Shown: positions 1 to 9,474 of the stretch, piece after piece
Layout: every line of letters starts with the position of its first letter
Numbering within the stretch: position 1 is the stretch's first letter
Source of the DNA: an uncultured Candidatus Saccharibacteria bacterium
Lineage (GTDB): Bacteria > Patescibacteriota > Minisyncoccia > Phycocordibacterales > UBA918
Length of the DNA stretch: 64,000 nt
Direction: 5' to 3'
Assembly (NCBI GenBank): GCA_964601615.1
Contig: CAZRNZ010000002.1
Location: 7,929-71,928, forward strand
Made by a program: the position numbers and the translations under genes
Notes under the pieces: model-generated
What the model was told of the DNA's origin: nothing
What the model saw: only the letters and a program-made list of their open reading frames with translations
The model's database searches: none

Positions 1-312
1 AACCTTGTAAGCTTCCTGGTGAAAAACTACTCCGTTCGAAATAGATTCGACCAACCAGAGAAACTAATGCGATAAATAAAATAACTAAGGTAATTTGAGT
101 AATTAGTTCGGTACTAATAATCGCATTCCAGAAAAATACCACCAATTCCCCCACTTTCACTTCAAGCATATTTGCCCAAACATCTTTAATAGAAACTATT
201 TTTGCCAAAATGTAAAAACAAAAACCAAGCACTAATGTATGCAAAGTTAGAGGATCAGTCGCAATATTAATTACAAAAGTGTAATAAGTGCGACGCATTA
301 TGTTGTTTCTTA
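1..312 (-). CDS. Partial (5' part only) membrane protein, open to window edge; position directly downstream of ECF sigma factor suggests a membrane-anchored anti-sigma factor
   Basis: ATG (CAT on plus) at 310-312; translation MSNLRNNIMRRTYYTFVINIATDPLTLHTLVLGFCFYILAKIV... is hydrophobic and stays open to position 1; 45-nt gap to sigma gene stop. Confidence 0.35.
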
Positions 313-357
313 AATTAGACATAATTGGATTGTTTTATTATATAACTAAGCTAAGCG

Positions 358-924
358 TTATTTAGTTGCATCGTCAGACCATTTTTGGCGAAAGACTTTT
401 TTGGCACGATGAATTCTTGCCTTTACAGCACTTACGCTCTCACCAGTCTTGGCAGCGATATCACTATGACTCCATCTTTCTAAATAGTGCATTCTCAGAA
501 CTGTTGATAGATGTTTTGGTAGTTTATTTAACACCCTCTCAATCACATCTTTATCTTCATCAAAACCAATATGATTTGAACGCTCACCAATCAAGTGTTC
601 AAAATCTGGATCAATATTGATCACCCTTTTCCCTTCCTTGAGACGTTTCTGATAAAGTGTAAAAGTAGTATTAAGAAGAATACGATAAGCCCACGAAGAA
701 AAAGTTGCCCCTTCTTGTTTAGTAAACTTATCGGCATTTATATAAATTTTAGTAAAAGTATCTTGCACAATTTCTTCTGCATCTTCTGGTGAAAAAATAA
801 TACTTCGGGCTTTTCGGAGGAAAGGCTCTTGATAACGATCTAGCAAAATCGCAAATAACCACGGCTCAAAACGTGACCTAGCCAGAATTTCTTCGTCTTT
901 TCCTTTATTGTCAGCATTACTCAT
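358..924 (-). CDS. ECF-type sigma-70 family RNA polymerase sigma factor
   Basis: 188 aa; region 2-like DTFTKIY and region 4 HTH LPKHLSTVLRMHYLERWSHSDIAAKTGESVSAVKARIHRAKK. Confidence 0.8.
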   Translation of the reverse strand: MSNADNKGKDEEILARSRFEPWLFAILLDRYQEPFLRKARSIIFSPEDAEEIVQDTFTKIYINADKFTKQEGATFSSWAYRILLNTTFTLYQKRLKEGKRVINIDPDFEHLIGERSNHIGFDEDKDVIERVLNKLPKHLSTVLRMHYLERWSHSDIAAKTGESVSAVKARIHRAKKVFRQKWSDDATK

Positions 925-945
925 ATCTGGTAGTATCTTCGCACT

Positions 946-1521
946 ATGTCAGTACTATCATATAACGAAATCCTGCCAAAGAAAGTAATCATTTATAGCG
1001 ACGAGCCACATTTGGTTATTTCTAGCCATGTTTTCCGAAAACAACAAAGAAAGCCAGTGAACGTTACCAAGCTAAAAAACCTTAAAAGTGGTCGTGTGGT
1101 AGAAAACTCTTTTCACCAAAACGAGACCGTGGAAGAGGCTGATTTGGAGAAAAAGACTATTGTTTTTATCTATGAAAGTAAGGGTGACTACTGGTTCCAT
1201 GATGCTAAAGATAAAAGTAATCGCTTTACAATTTCTGGTGAACTAGTTGGTTCAGCAGGAAAATTCATGAAGGTTAATAGCGAAATTGATGCGGTGCTTT
1301 TTAACGAAGAATTTATCGGAGTTTCAATTCCAATTAAGGTTGAACTTAAGGTAAAAGAAACTGCTCCAGCAGTTAAAGGAAATACCTCTTCTGGTGCAAC
1401 CAAGGAAATTATTCTAGAAACTGGCGCCAATATTCAAGCTCCACTTTTTATCAACGAAGGAGATATTGTTTCAATCAATACTGAAACGGAAAACTATGTT
1501 GAGCGAGTAACAAAGGCTTAA
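946..1521 (+). CDS. efp: Elongation factor P
   Basis: 191 aa; typical EF-P length and KOW/OB layout (VKLKNLKSGRVVENSF..., IPIKVELKVKETAP...GATKEIILETGANIQAPLFINEGDIV). Confidence 0.85.
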   Translation: MSVLSYNEILPKKVIIYSDEPHLVISSHVFRKQQRKPVNVTKLKNLKSGRVVENSFHQNETVEEADLEKKTIVFIYESKGDYWFHDAKDKSNRFTISGELVGSAGKFMKVNSEIDAVLFNEEFIGVSIPIKVELKVKETAPAVKGNTSSGATKEIILETGANIQAPLFINEGDIVSINTETENYVERVTKA

Positions 1522-1533
1522 TAAAACTATACA

Positions 1534-1568
1534 AAAACCGCCGCCCCTAAGGGCAGCGGTTTTTCTTA
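1534..1568 (+). terminator. Rho-independent terminator after efp
   Basis: GC hairpin ccgccgcccctaagggcagcgg followed by tttttctt. Confidence 0.7.
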
Positions 1569-1693
1569 AACTTTCATAAATTGGATGCAGTTGTACTGGT
1601 TGGAGAAAATTTTTCGAGAGAAACGTAGTAGACCTACGGTGACTGAGAAAAATTTCCGAAGCCAGTGCAAATGTGCCAATTTTGGGAGTTTAA

Positions 1694-1885
1694 TTAGTGG
1701 GCTACGTATGGGATAAGTGCCATAAAACGAGCACGCTTGATTGCCTTAGCAATGTCACGCTGTGCGCTAGCTTTAAGACCAGTACGCTTACGAGAAAGGA
1801 TACGTGCGTGTGGGTTTGTATTAGAACGCAAACGAGTTATATCCTTGTAGTCGATATGATTGATTGTCTTCTTTTCAGTTTCCAT
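1694..1885 (-). CDS. rpsR: 30S ribosomal protein S18; start trimmed to METEKK relative to ORF track
   Basis: C-terminal RLRSNTNPHARILSRKRTGLKASAQRDIAKAIKRARFMALIPYV is the S18 signature; rpsF-ssb-rpsR order. Confidence 0.85.
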   Translation of the reverse strand: METEKKTINHIDYKDITRLRSNTNPHARILSRKRTGLKASAQRDIAKAIKRARFMALIPYVAH

Positions 1886-2030
1886 AATTTTAATTCTATT
1901 TTGATTATTTAAGACCTTTAAATCAAATGAAATCCGTAGAGTTGGAAGAATTTTGGTAACCAAGACGTAGATGAACTACGGCGCGGGAGACAAAATTCTG
2001 AAGCTCAAGGAGTTCGTTGATTTTAGGGTT

Positions 2031-2477
2031 TTAAAAAGGGATGTCTTCAGGATTGATTTCCTCTTCAGGATAATCCGGCAATTTCGGAGCCTCCGCTGCT
2101 GCAGATCCATTAGATGAAGATGAACTACCACCAGAGAATGAACCTTCACCACTGTTACGAGGACCAAACTGGATTCGATCAGCGATAATTTCTGTCATAT
2201 ATCTCTTGGCACCATCTTGATCCCAAGATCTAGTCTGCAAACGTCCTTCGACATAAGCGCCAGAACCTTTTTTAAGGTACTTAGCAGTTGTTTCTGCTTG
2301 CTTACCAAAAACTACTATGTTGTGGAACTCGCTTTGCTCTTGGCGCTTACCATCTCGGTCATTAAATGTACGATTGGTAGCGATTCCGAATGAAGTAACA
2401 CTCATTCCACTAGGCAATGTTTTTAACTCAGGATCACGAGTCAAATTACCAAAAATCATTGCTTTATTAATGTACAT
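2031..2477 (-). CDS. ssb: Single-stranded DNA-binding protein
   Basis: OB-fold N-terminus MYINKAMIFGNLTRDPELKTLPSGMSVTSFGIATNR, Gly/Ser-rich linker, acidic C-terminal DIPF tip. Confidence 0.9.
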   Translation of the reverse strand: MYINKAMIFGNLTRDPELKTLPSGMSVTSFGIATNRTFNDRDGKRQEQSEFHNIVVFGKQAETTAKYLKKGSGAYVEGRLQTRSWDQDGAKRYMTEIIADRIQFGPRNSGEGSFSGGSSSSSNGSAAAEAPKLPDYPEEEINPEDIPF

Positions 2478-2510
2478 AAGAGAGTTTAGTTACGATAATA
2501 ATCGTCTTTA

Positions 2511-3050
2511 TTATACACCCTTCTCTTCTGAATCTTCATTAGATTCTACCTCTGTATCCTCAGATGAATCTTCGGTTGACTCCTCTGATGATTCTTCAGA
2601 AACTTCTTCTGAATCACCATAATCTGTAACTACTTTTTGGTCACGGATAGCATCGTGGAAACGGAAAGGATTTTCCTCCTCAACACGAGTGAGCTTAACG
2701 AGTAAGTGGCGCAAAACTAGGTTATTACCGTCAATTTCTTCATTGATAGCTGCAATAGCTTCTGAAGATGACTTGAAACGAATCCAACCGAAGTAAGCGC
2801 TTTTGAACTTACGGTTCTTACTTTCTAGGTGTTTTACCACTTCGTAAGCAAGTTCGAAACGTTCAGCAGCTTCTTCATCGAAGATTTCACCACCATTGTT
2901 AGTAATAACAGTCTTGATAGCATCAACAACTGCAGAAACTTCCCCTTCAGCGACCGTTGGAAGAACGTGGAAAGCGAGTTCGTAGCTATGAGTCTCTAGA
3001 GACTCCTCTACTCCCTCAACTTCGACCGCTGGCATTACTTTTTCAGACAT
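2511..3050 (-). CDS. rpsF: 30S ribosomal protein S6 with acidic Ser/Glu/Asp-rich C-terminal extension
   Basis: S6 core (YELAFHVLP...AYFGWIRF...LRHLLVKL) plus about 45-aa poly-acidic tail; operon context with ssb and rpsR. Confidence 0.85.
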   Translation of the reverse strand: MSEKVMPAVEVEGVEESLETHSYELAFHVLPTVAEGEVSAVVDAIKTVITNNGGEIFDEEAAERFELAYEVVKHLESKNRKFKSAYFGWIRFKSSSEAIAAINEEIDGNNLVLRHLLVKLTRVEEENPFRFHDAIRDQKVVTDYGDSEEVSEESSEESTEDSSEDTEVESNEDSEEKGV

Positions 3051-3117
3051 TTAAATTGCCTTAACTTATAACGGCAGTAAAGTACCATGTTTTTATGGGT
3101 TTTTCAAGGGTTAGAGG

Positions 3118-4071
3118 ATGTCATCTACGCTGACGCCCTGTAGGCCTTTCTGTGATAAAATTATCCTAAATATGGAATGGATTAAAAAGAATTACTTACT
3201 GATATTCTTGGGTATAGCATTAGCTACTTCCCTGTTTTTCCTTTGGCAAAACAAGCAAATAGCTGAACAATCTCAGATATCGCTAAGGGCAGAAATTACA
3301 AAATATAAAGACGAAATTAATCTAAAAGAAGATATTATTTCTGAACTGTCAGAGAACCTCGAAATGACAGCCGATGAGTTGAATGATACCGAAAATCGTT
3401 TACGTGGTGAAAAAGAAAGAAACGACGAATTTGAAGACCGTATCAACAAAATTGCTGGAACAGTTTCAGACTTAGATAAACTTTCCAAGACTGACAAAGA
3501 ACTTTTACAAAAATATTCCAAAGTTTATTTCCTTAACGAACACTACATTCCAGAGTCCCTAAAAGATATCGACAAGGAATGGAAATATTCTGAAGACAAA
3601 GACTTGAAGCTCCACTCCAAAGCAATGCCCTTCTTAGAAGACATGTTGGAAGATGCCAAAGATGATGAAGTGGAGTTATGGGTTGTATCTGCCTATCGTT
3701 CATTTGCGCAACAAGCTCAGTTAAAAGGTGCCTATACTGTAAGTTATGGCTCTGGAGCCAATGCATTCTCAGCCGACCAAGGATTCTCTGAACACCAACT
3801 CGGTACAACTCTAGACTTCACCACCAGAGGACTTAATGGTGGACTGGACGGATTTCAAAATACAGAAGCTTATAAATGGCTTCTAGATAATGCTCATAAA
3901 TACGGTTTTGTAATGTCTTATCCTGAGGGTAATGCCTACTATGTATATGAACCATGGCACTGGCGTTTCGTTGGAACAGATTTAGCTAAAGATTTACGTA
4001 GTGACAAAGCCAGCTTCTACGACTGGGAGCAGCGAGAGATAGATCAATATTTGTTAAATATATTTGACTAA
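3118..4071 (+). CDS. Membrane-anchored peptidase M15 (VanY / D-alanyl-D-alanine carboxypeptidase-like) with coiled-coil linker; alternative start at 3172 (MEWIKK)
   Basis: N-terminal TM, SAYRSFAQQAQL, SEHQLGTTLDF and EPWHWRFVG zinc-peptidase motifs. Confidence 0.7.
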   Translation: MSSTLTPCRPFCDKIILNMEWIKKNYLLIFLGIALATSLFFLWQNKQIAEQSQISLRAEITKYKDEINLKEDIISELSENLEMTADELNDTENRLRGEKERNDEFEDRINKIAGTVSDLDKLSKTDKELLQKYSKVYFLNEHYIPESLKDIDKEWKYSEDKDLKLHSKAMPFLEDMLEDAKDDEVELWVVSAYRSFAQQAQLKGAYTVSYGSGANAFSADQGFSEHQLGTTLDFTTRGLNGGLDGFQNTEAYKWLLDNAHKYGFVMSYPEGNAYYVYEPWHWRFVGTDLAKDLRSDKASFYDWEQREIDQYLLNIFD

Positions 4072-4084
4072 AAATTATTATTGC

Positions 4085-4255
4085 TAAACTAGCTCCTGGT
4101 TTAGTCAGGGTTCAGAAAAACGGGTGTAACGGTCGCGAGTGGGTGGAGAGGAGCCACAAGCGGTAGCCATTACTTAAACAAGGGTTAGCTACCCACCGAG
4201 AACTCTATCTTCAAAGCTGACAAGGAGGTGTAAGCTGGAAAATTTAATTACAAGC
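4085..4255 (+). ncRNA. Candidate structured RNA or long structured 3' UTR (unclassified)
   Basis: GC-richer segment with multiple complementary stretches (gtgggtgg...ctacccac) between the M15 gene stop and a downstream intrinsic terminator; no ORF. Confidence 0.2.
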
Positions 4256-4257
4256 AG

Positions 4258-4285
4258 AAGAGGCGTTAAAATAACGCCTCTTTTT
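4258..4285 (+). terminator. Intrinsic terminator (plus direction)
   Basis: agaggcgttaaaataacgcctct + ttttt. Confidence 0.65.
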
Positions 4286-4320
4286 AAAAAAAGCGCGTTA
4301 CCTTTAGCAACGCGCTTTAT
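4286..4320 (-). terminator. Intrinsic terminator for minus-strand gene 4317-4601
   Basis: agcgcgttacctttagcaacgcgct hairpin with T-run on minus strand. Confidence 0.6.
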
Positions 4321-4601
4321 TCTTCTCGATACTCAGATGTAAAAATTAATTCTTCTGCTAGAGAATTGCTAATATTTCCATAATCGATACACCAGTCATT
4401 TGGATCTTCACTAGTACAACCTTCACAGTCACATCCGGTATCGTCATATATCCAAAGAATATATTGATCATTCCTATTAAGAATAAGATGAGGACCTTCA
4501 TGACCTCTAGGACGAAGACATTCACAAAGTTTATTAACTTGCCCTAATGACACACCAACAATCTCTGTTCGGCTAACAAGATAATCGCACCTACTCAACA
4601 T
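4317..4601 (-). CDS. Small cysteine-rich hypothetical protein
   Basis: 94 aa, CDCEGCTSEDPNDWC cluster; own terminator. Confidence 0.5.
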   Translation of the reverse strand: MLSRCDYLVSRTEIVGVSLGQVNKLCECLRPRGHEGPHLILNRNDQYILWIYDDTGCDCEGCTSEDPNDWCIDYGNISNSLAEELIFTSEYREE

Positions 4602-4632
4602 TTAAGAACTCCTTCCTACCGCGAATATACTA

Positions 4633-5502
4633 TTAGATAGCTAATTTGTATAGCTGGCGAGCATTTTCTAGCAATTGACTTCTCACCTTCTCTTCATCTT
4701 CTCCGCGGATTTCGGCTATCTTTTTATATACCTCTTTTACCATCCACGGTTCACATCGCTTACCTCTATATGGCACTGGTGCCACGTAAGGACAATCGGT
4801 CTCTGCGTGCATCATATCAAGTGGTGCATTTCTAACCACCTCTTCATAATCCTTGGCGAAAGTAATTACACCAGTGAAAGAAACTGAAAATCCAATATCG
4901 AAAAACTTCTTAGCTTGCTCCCAATTGCCGGCGTAAAAATGAATATTACCTGGCACTTTGGCATAAGTTTTTAGTATTTCGTAAGTATCGTCATAGACAT
5001 TACCTACTCCAGCATTAGCCTTGGCCGAGGCACTATTACCTTTTGCATCACGGGTATGAATCATCAGCGGTAAACCTAGCTCGTTTGCCAACTCTATCTG
5101 TGCAATAAAAGCTTTTTCTTGCACTAATTTCGTATCCTTTTCTAGTCGATAGTAGTCTAAGCCACACTCACCTATTGCTACTACTTTTTTATTCTTGGCT
5201 AATTCACGATAAAAATTAGCATCAAATTCTTCACCACGAGAAGTAAAGCCTTTCATGTTTTCACCAAGTTCTTGTTCATCGTGATAAGAAGCTGATGTAT
5301 GAACAGGATGGAGGCCGACAATTGCAAAGCAATTGTCGGCCTCCAACGCCAAATCTACCGCTTTTTTACTAGTATCCTGCTGAGTTCCCACATTAATCAT
5401 TATCACCCCTTCATCCTGACAACGAGAAACGACTTTTCTCCAGTCATCTTTGAAAGCATTGATATTTACATGTGAGTGAGTATCGATATATTTAAACGAC
5501 AT
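4633..5502 (-). CDS. tatD: TatD family metal-dependent hydrolase (DNase)
   Basis: IDTHSHVN, GLHPVH, AIGECGLDY, MIHTRDA, HFYAGNW, ETDCPY motifs. Confidence 0.85.
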   Translation of the reverse strand: MSFKYIDTHSHVNINAFKDDWRKVVSRCQDEGVIMINVGTQQDTSKKAVDLALEADNCFAIVGLHPVHTSASYHDEQELGENMKGFTSRGEEFDANFYRELAKNKKVVAIGECGLDYYRLEKDTKLVQEKAFIAQIELANELGLPLMIHTRDAKGNSASAKANAGVGNVYDDTYEILKTYAKVPGNIHFYAGNWEQAKKFFDIGFSVSFTGVITFAKDYEEVVRNAPLDMMHAETDCPYVAPVPYRGKRCEPWMVKEVYKKIAEIRGEDEEKVRSQLLENARQLYKLAI

Positions 5503-5520
5503 TCAAATACGATACCATAA

Positions 5521-5673
5521 CTAAATAACTAACTCACCATCAATCTTAGTATCCTTACAAATTTTCTTTATTTTTCCACAGCGCTTACACTTGATGTGTA
5601 TCTCACCATCACGGACAAATCCCTTACACAATAGCTTGCCGCATTCGCAACGATGCTCTGCCTCGGATGACAT
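5521..5673 (-). CDS. Unannotated 50-aa zinc-ribbon protein (two CxxC pairs)
   Basis: Translation MSSEAEHRCECGKLLCKGFVRDGEIHIKCKRCGKIKKICKDTKIDGELVI; below ORF-track size cutoff; sits between tatD and the upstream 454-aa gene. Confidence 0.45.
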   Translation of the reverse strand: MSSEAEHRCECGKLLCKGFVRDGEIHIKCKRCGKIKKICKDTKIDGELVI

Positions 5674-5739
5674 ATTCATATCGTCGCAATTATGCAAAAC
5701 TACGACTAAATTTAGCCTAAAGAAATTCTTAAGAAAAAC

Positions 5740-7104
5740 TCAAGATTTTTGTACTGATTTAAATGCTTGAATCAGTTCATTTCCCTGTTCTAAATTAGTT
5801 AAAGCATCATTTGCCACAGACTCATTTCTATCAATAAATCTCTCGAGTGGAGCTGGGTTTGAAAATATATCTAGAGAATTAAGAGCTTTTCTCGCGCGCT
5901 TTGTTCTAGAAATTACATTTCTGGAAATTGGTTCCAATATCTTAAATAAAAACATATCTTCCAAATCCTTTATGTCCGATTGTAAATCAATCACCTCTCT
6001 GTCTGGATATATTTTTTTCCACTCCACCAAAAGCAAATAAACTGCTGTTGAAATATGTCCACGCTCTAGATCTTCTTTCCAATCATGTACATCATCATTT
6101 AACTGCATGGCAATTAAATAATTTTTGAAATAATCAATAAACTGTCCAACCTCTTTTGAATCTAGGTCATAGCCAAGCTTAACCAACATAGCTACTGGCC
6201 CTAAAATATGTCCCGCAGCAGGATAAAACTTTACTGAAAAATCACGATAATTTGGTAAGGTCTCTGGAATAAAAAACTTTCCATTTTCTACCTTAGCTCG
6301 ACAAAACTGCATTTCCCATTCATTAGCATCATCAAGCTTATCCATTAAGTCGTGAAAGAATTGATTGAAGCCTTTTTTATCAGGTAGAATTTTGCCAAAA
6401 TAATTCACATAATGACGAGCAAAAAGATTGGCAACTGGTAATAGTTTTGGATTAGCACTTTCATCTTCATCCCAAAAGTCATCATAGATAATAAAAGCTG
6501 TCCAAAAAAATACATTGGCCAATCCTGTTTCTGTCAAAAATTCGTCAGTAAATCTCTTACCAGAAGAGCTACCCAACGCCTGACGTACATACAAGGTCAT
6601 GAGTGACATCTGTCTATCAGGATTCCCAAGAATTGTTCTATTCACCACGTCGGTCGCACACCGTTTGAATTCCTTAGAAAATCCACGAAGACGCTTAGAA
6701 GATAAGGAATTTATTTGTTTCAGTATAAGTAATTCCTCCTTATCTATATTTTTTTTAGATACAACTTCTTTCTCTAGTAGAGAATCATAAATACTAATAC
6801 ACTCACCCACTAAATCATCTCCAATCAAAAGTGAACTGATTTTATTCTCACTTCTTGCTGAAGCAATATATGCGCCAAGTTTCGGTAAAAAAATATCCTG
6901 TAAAGCCAAAAATCTAGCGATCGCAATATTTAGGCCGAAATCTAATTCACCGCTGTCAGTCAAAATATAAGGGCCACCCTCTTCTTGTTCATAATTAGTG
7001 ATATTTTTAATCGTTGAGGCCAGTATCACTCCTTCTATAACTCCACCAGATTCAATAGCGCTAGCACACTTAAGTAAGTGCGGCACAAAATCACTTTGTT
7101 GCAT
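5740..7104 (-). CDS. Hypothetical protein with class I isoprenoid-synthase-like motifs (DDxxD x2)
   Basis: 454 aa; FIIYDDFWDEDE (aa 207-214) and LNDDVHDWKEDLE (aa 336-344) about 129 aa apart, as FARM/SARM or DDxxD/NSE motifs. Confidence 0.4.
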   Translation of the reverse strand: MQQSDFVPHLLKCASAIESGGVIEGVILASTIKNITNYEQEEGGPYILTDSGELDFGLNIAIARFLALQDIFLPKLGAYIASARSENKISSLLIGDDLVGECISIYDSLLEKEVVSKKNIDKEELLILKQINSLSSKRLRGFSKEFKRCATDVVNRTILGNPDRQMSLMTLYVRQALGSSSGKRFTDEFLTETGLANVFFWTAFIIYDDFWDEDESANPKLLPVANLFARHYVNYFGKILPDKKGFNQFFHDLMDKLDDANEWEMQFCRAKVENGKFFIPETLPNYRDFSVKFYPAAGHILGPVAMLVKLGYDLDSKEVGQFIDYFKNYLIAMQLNDDVHDWKEDLERGHISTAVYLLLVEWKKIYPDREVIDLQSDIKDLEDMFLFKILEPISRNVISRTKRARKALNSLDIFSNPAPLERFIDRNESVANDALTNLEQGNELIQAFKSVQKS

Positions 7105-7134
7105 TAATATTTAAAATAAAACGAGTAGGGATTC

Positions 7135-8616
7135 TCAATCCTCTGATACAGGTAAGTCTAACACGAAGACCGAACCCTCTCCCAAGTTACTATTCACAGA
7201 CAAATTACCTTTAAAATCTTGCTCCACCATACGAAGAGCTAAAGAAAGGCCAATACCAAGTCCACCATTTTTTGTCTTAGTAGTTACAAAGGGTTCAAAG
7301 ATATCCTTGATTAAATCTGGTGCTATTCCCTTCCCTTTATCTGTTACTCCGATTAATATTCGGTCATCTTGAGTACTTACTTCAACAAAAACTTTATGTC
7401 TGGAATTTTCGACATTTTTTCCTTCGTAAGATTCAATAGCATTTGATATCAAGTTAGTTAGAATCTGCATAAAACGAACTTTTTTGCCATAAATAGACTT
7501 ATTACAATCTCCAGATAAATAAATGTTTACCTGTTTGGTTTTAGCATATCCTTCAAGAAGTGATATCGTTTCTTTAATAACATCAACTGGTAAAAACTTA
7601 GTCTCTTCGTTATCTTGAGATAAATGATTACGAAGAGAGTTAAGTATTTCCTTCATGTGCTTGGCAGAATTATTAGCACGCTCTATATCGGCAGATAGTA
7701 ACTTGGCTTTTTGTACATCTTTTGAATTAGCAATACTTTCAATATTCATCGAAAGCGCAGTGAGAGGATTAGTTAAATCATGAAAAACACCAGTAGCAAA
7801 ACGCCCAAATTCTACGAAACGATAAGCTTGTGCTAACTTTGCCATTTCTACCCGACGCAATTCCTCAGTTCTTTCTTTTACCCTAATCTCAAGCATGTCT
7901 CGTTCTTCTTTGAGATCAGCTTCTGATTTTCGAGCTCGAGCAAGTGACCGTTCAATCTCACGATTAGACAACCAAGAAACGATTACTATTATAAAAAATA
8001 AAACTGTCGCTGAAACTATATCGGTTACTGTCCACAAATCTTCTGTCCAATATCTATTAACAGGGATGACTTCATTTAAATGCAAATGATTTATTAAGGT
8101 TATAAAAAAAATTGCTAACAGAGTAACGAAAAATGAAAAACTTGTACCTATTAGTATTCCCGACATTATTATCACCAAGGAATAAAACAAAACACTAGCA
8201 GCCAAATCAACGCCCCATTTAGAGCTAGAGTAAATTGCCAACACCATTAACGATGTTAGAAATAAATATGCTGATATTTTTGGACTATATGTTCGAGATA
8301 TAAATATCAGAGAAATAAAAAATCCTAAAATTGAAAAAAGACCAATAGGTAAAAATCCTCTGTAATTTTCTAAAATAAAAAATTGATATGCAGACAAAGA
8401 GCATATAAATATAAACAGAATCGTACAAGAAACTAAAAGTATATTTAATATGAATTCCCTCCCTCTTATATCTTCGTCTTTACTTTTTGGATTAACAAAT
8501 TTATCCAAAAGTAAACTTGTTGTTTTTAAAAAAAAATTATTCACTTTACAAATTATATGCTCCTCTAGGGAGTCTAAAAAAATACTAGACCTCATCAAGC
8601 CAAGGATCACCAGCAT
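7135..8616 (-). CDS. Sensor histidine kinase, multi-TM N-terminal domain
   Basis: H-box FHDLTNPLTAL, N/G boxes LISNAIES, DKGKGIAPD, GGLGIGLSL; about 6 TM helices. Confidence 0.85.
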   Translation of the reverse strand: MLVILGLMRSSIFLDSLEEHIICKVNNFFLKTTSLLLDKFVNPKSKDEDIRGREFILNILLVSCTILFIFICSLSAYQFFILENYRGFLPIGLFSILGFFISLIFISRTYSPKISAYLFLTSLMVLAIYSSSKWGVDLAASVLFYSLVIIMSGILIGTSFSFFVTLLAIFFITLINHLHLNEVIPVNRYWTEDLWTVTDIVSATVLFFIIVIVSWLSNREIERSLARARKSEADLKEERDMLEIRVKERTEELRRVEMAKLAQAYRFVEFGRFATGVFHDLTNPLTALSMNIESIANSKDVQKAKLLSADIERANNSAKHMKEILNSLRNHLSQDNEETKFLPVDVIKETISLLEGYAKTKQVNIYLSGDCNKSIYGKKVRFMQILTNLISNAIESYEGKNVENSRHKVFVEVSTQDDRILIGVTDKGKGIAPDLIKDIFEPFVTTKTKNGGLGIGLSLALRMVEQDFKGNLSVNSNLGEGSVFVLDLPVSED

Positions 8617-8750
8617 TTAGTGAGCTAGAAACAAGTGATGAAATGTTATCTACATCACGTGATTCTTGATTCATTAGAATTTCCTTAATTACGGTATTCA
8701 TGAAATATATTAAATAAAAATTATAAAATCGACCTTCTTACATTATCGTT

Positions 8751-9404
8751 TTAAATCCGATAACCTCTACCATAAACGGTGTGGATAAGCTCAGGTTCAC
8801 CTAATTTTTTTCGTAGATTAGTCATATGAGTATCGAGAGAATCAGAAAAAGGGTTAGAATCAGACTGCCAAACACTTTCTATTAAAGCGCTCTTAGAAAT
8901 TATTTCTCCCTGAGAACGCATTAATACCTCTAATATTGAAAATTCTTTTCTGGTTAATGACAACTCTTCGCCAGATCGAGAAACAGTCTGTTTAGATATA
9001 TTCAGCTCTAAATCATCAATTGTAATAATATTAGAAACAAGATTATTCGGACGACGCAAAATAGCTCTTAGTCTTGCCACTAATTCTTCAAAAGAAAATG
9101 GTTTAACCAAATAATCGTCAGCACCAGAATTGAGTAATCGGACTTTTGATTCCGTGTTAGAAACAACACTAAAAACCAAAATTGGCATCTTCTCTCCTTT
9201 TTGTCTAATCGCCTTAATTACATCCTCACCAGACATGTCAGGTAGATTCAGATCTAGCAAGATTAAATCATAGTCGTTTATCACAGCATGACCAATACCA
9301 ATCTCACCTGAATTTACCGCATCAGCATTAAATCCCTTGGCTGGTAAATGAGCTGTAAGAAAGCTACAAATATCTTTATCGTCATCTATGATAAGGATTT
9401 TCAT
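8751..9404 (-). CDS. OmpR/PhoB-family response regulator
   Basis: MKILIIDDD...LDLNLPDMSGEDV receiver domain; winged-helix C-terminus LTRKEFSILEVL...YGRGYRI. Confidence 0.9.
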   Translation of the reverse strand: MKILIIDDDKDICSFLTAHLPAKGFNADAVNSGEIGIGHAVINDYDLILLDLNLPDMSGEDVIKAIRQKGEKMPILVFSVVSNTESKVRLLNSGADDYLVKPFSFEELVARLRAILRRPNNLVSNIITIDDLELNISKQTVSRSGEELSLTRKEFSILEVLMRSQGEIISKSALIESVWQSDSNPFSDSLDTHMTNLRKKLGEPELIHTVYGRGYRI

Positions 9405-9474
9405 ATATTAAGGTTAGTATTAACTATTCCACAGCTAAAGTCTATAGAGTGTAATGGCGTAGTACAATAAATAT

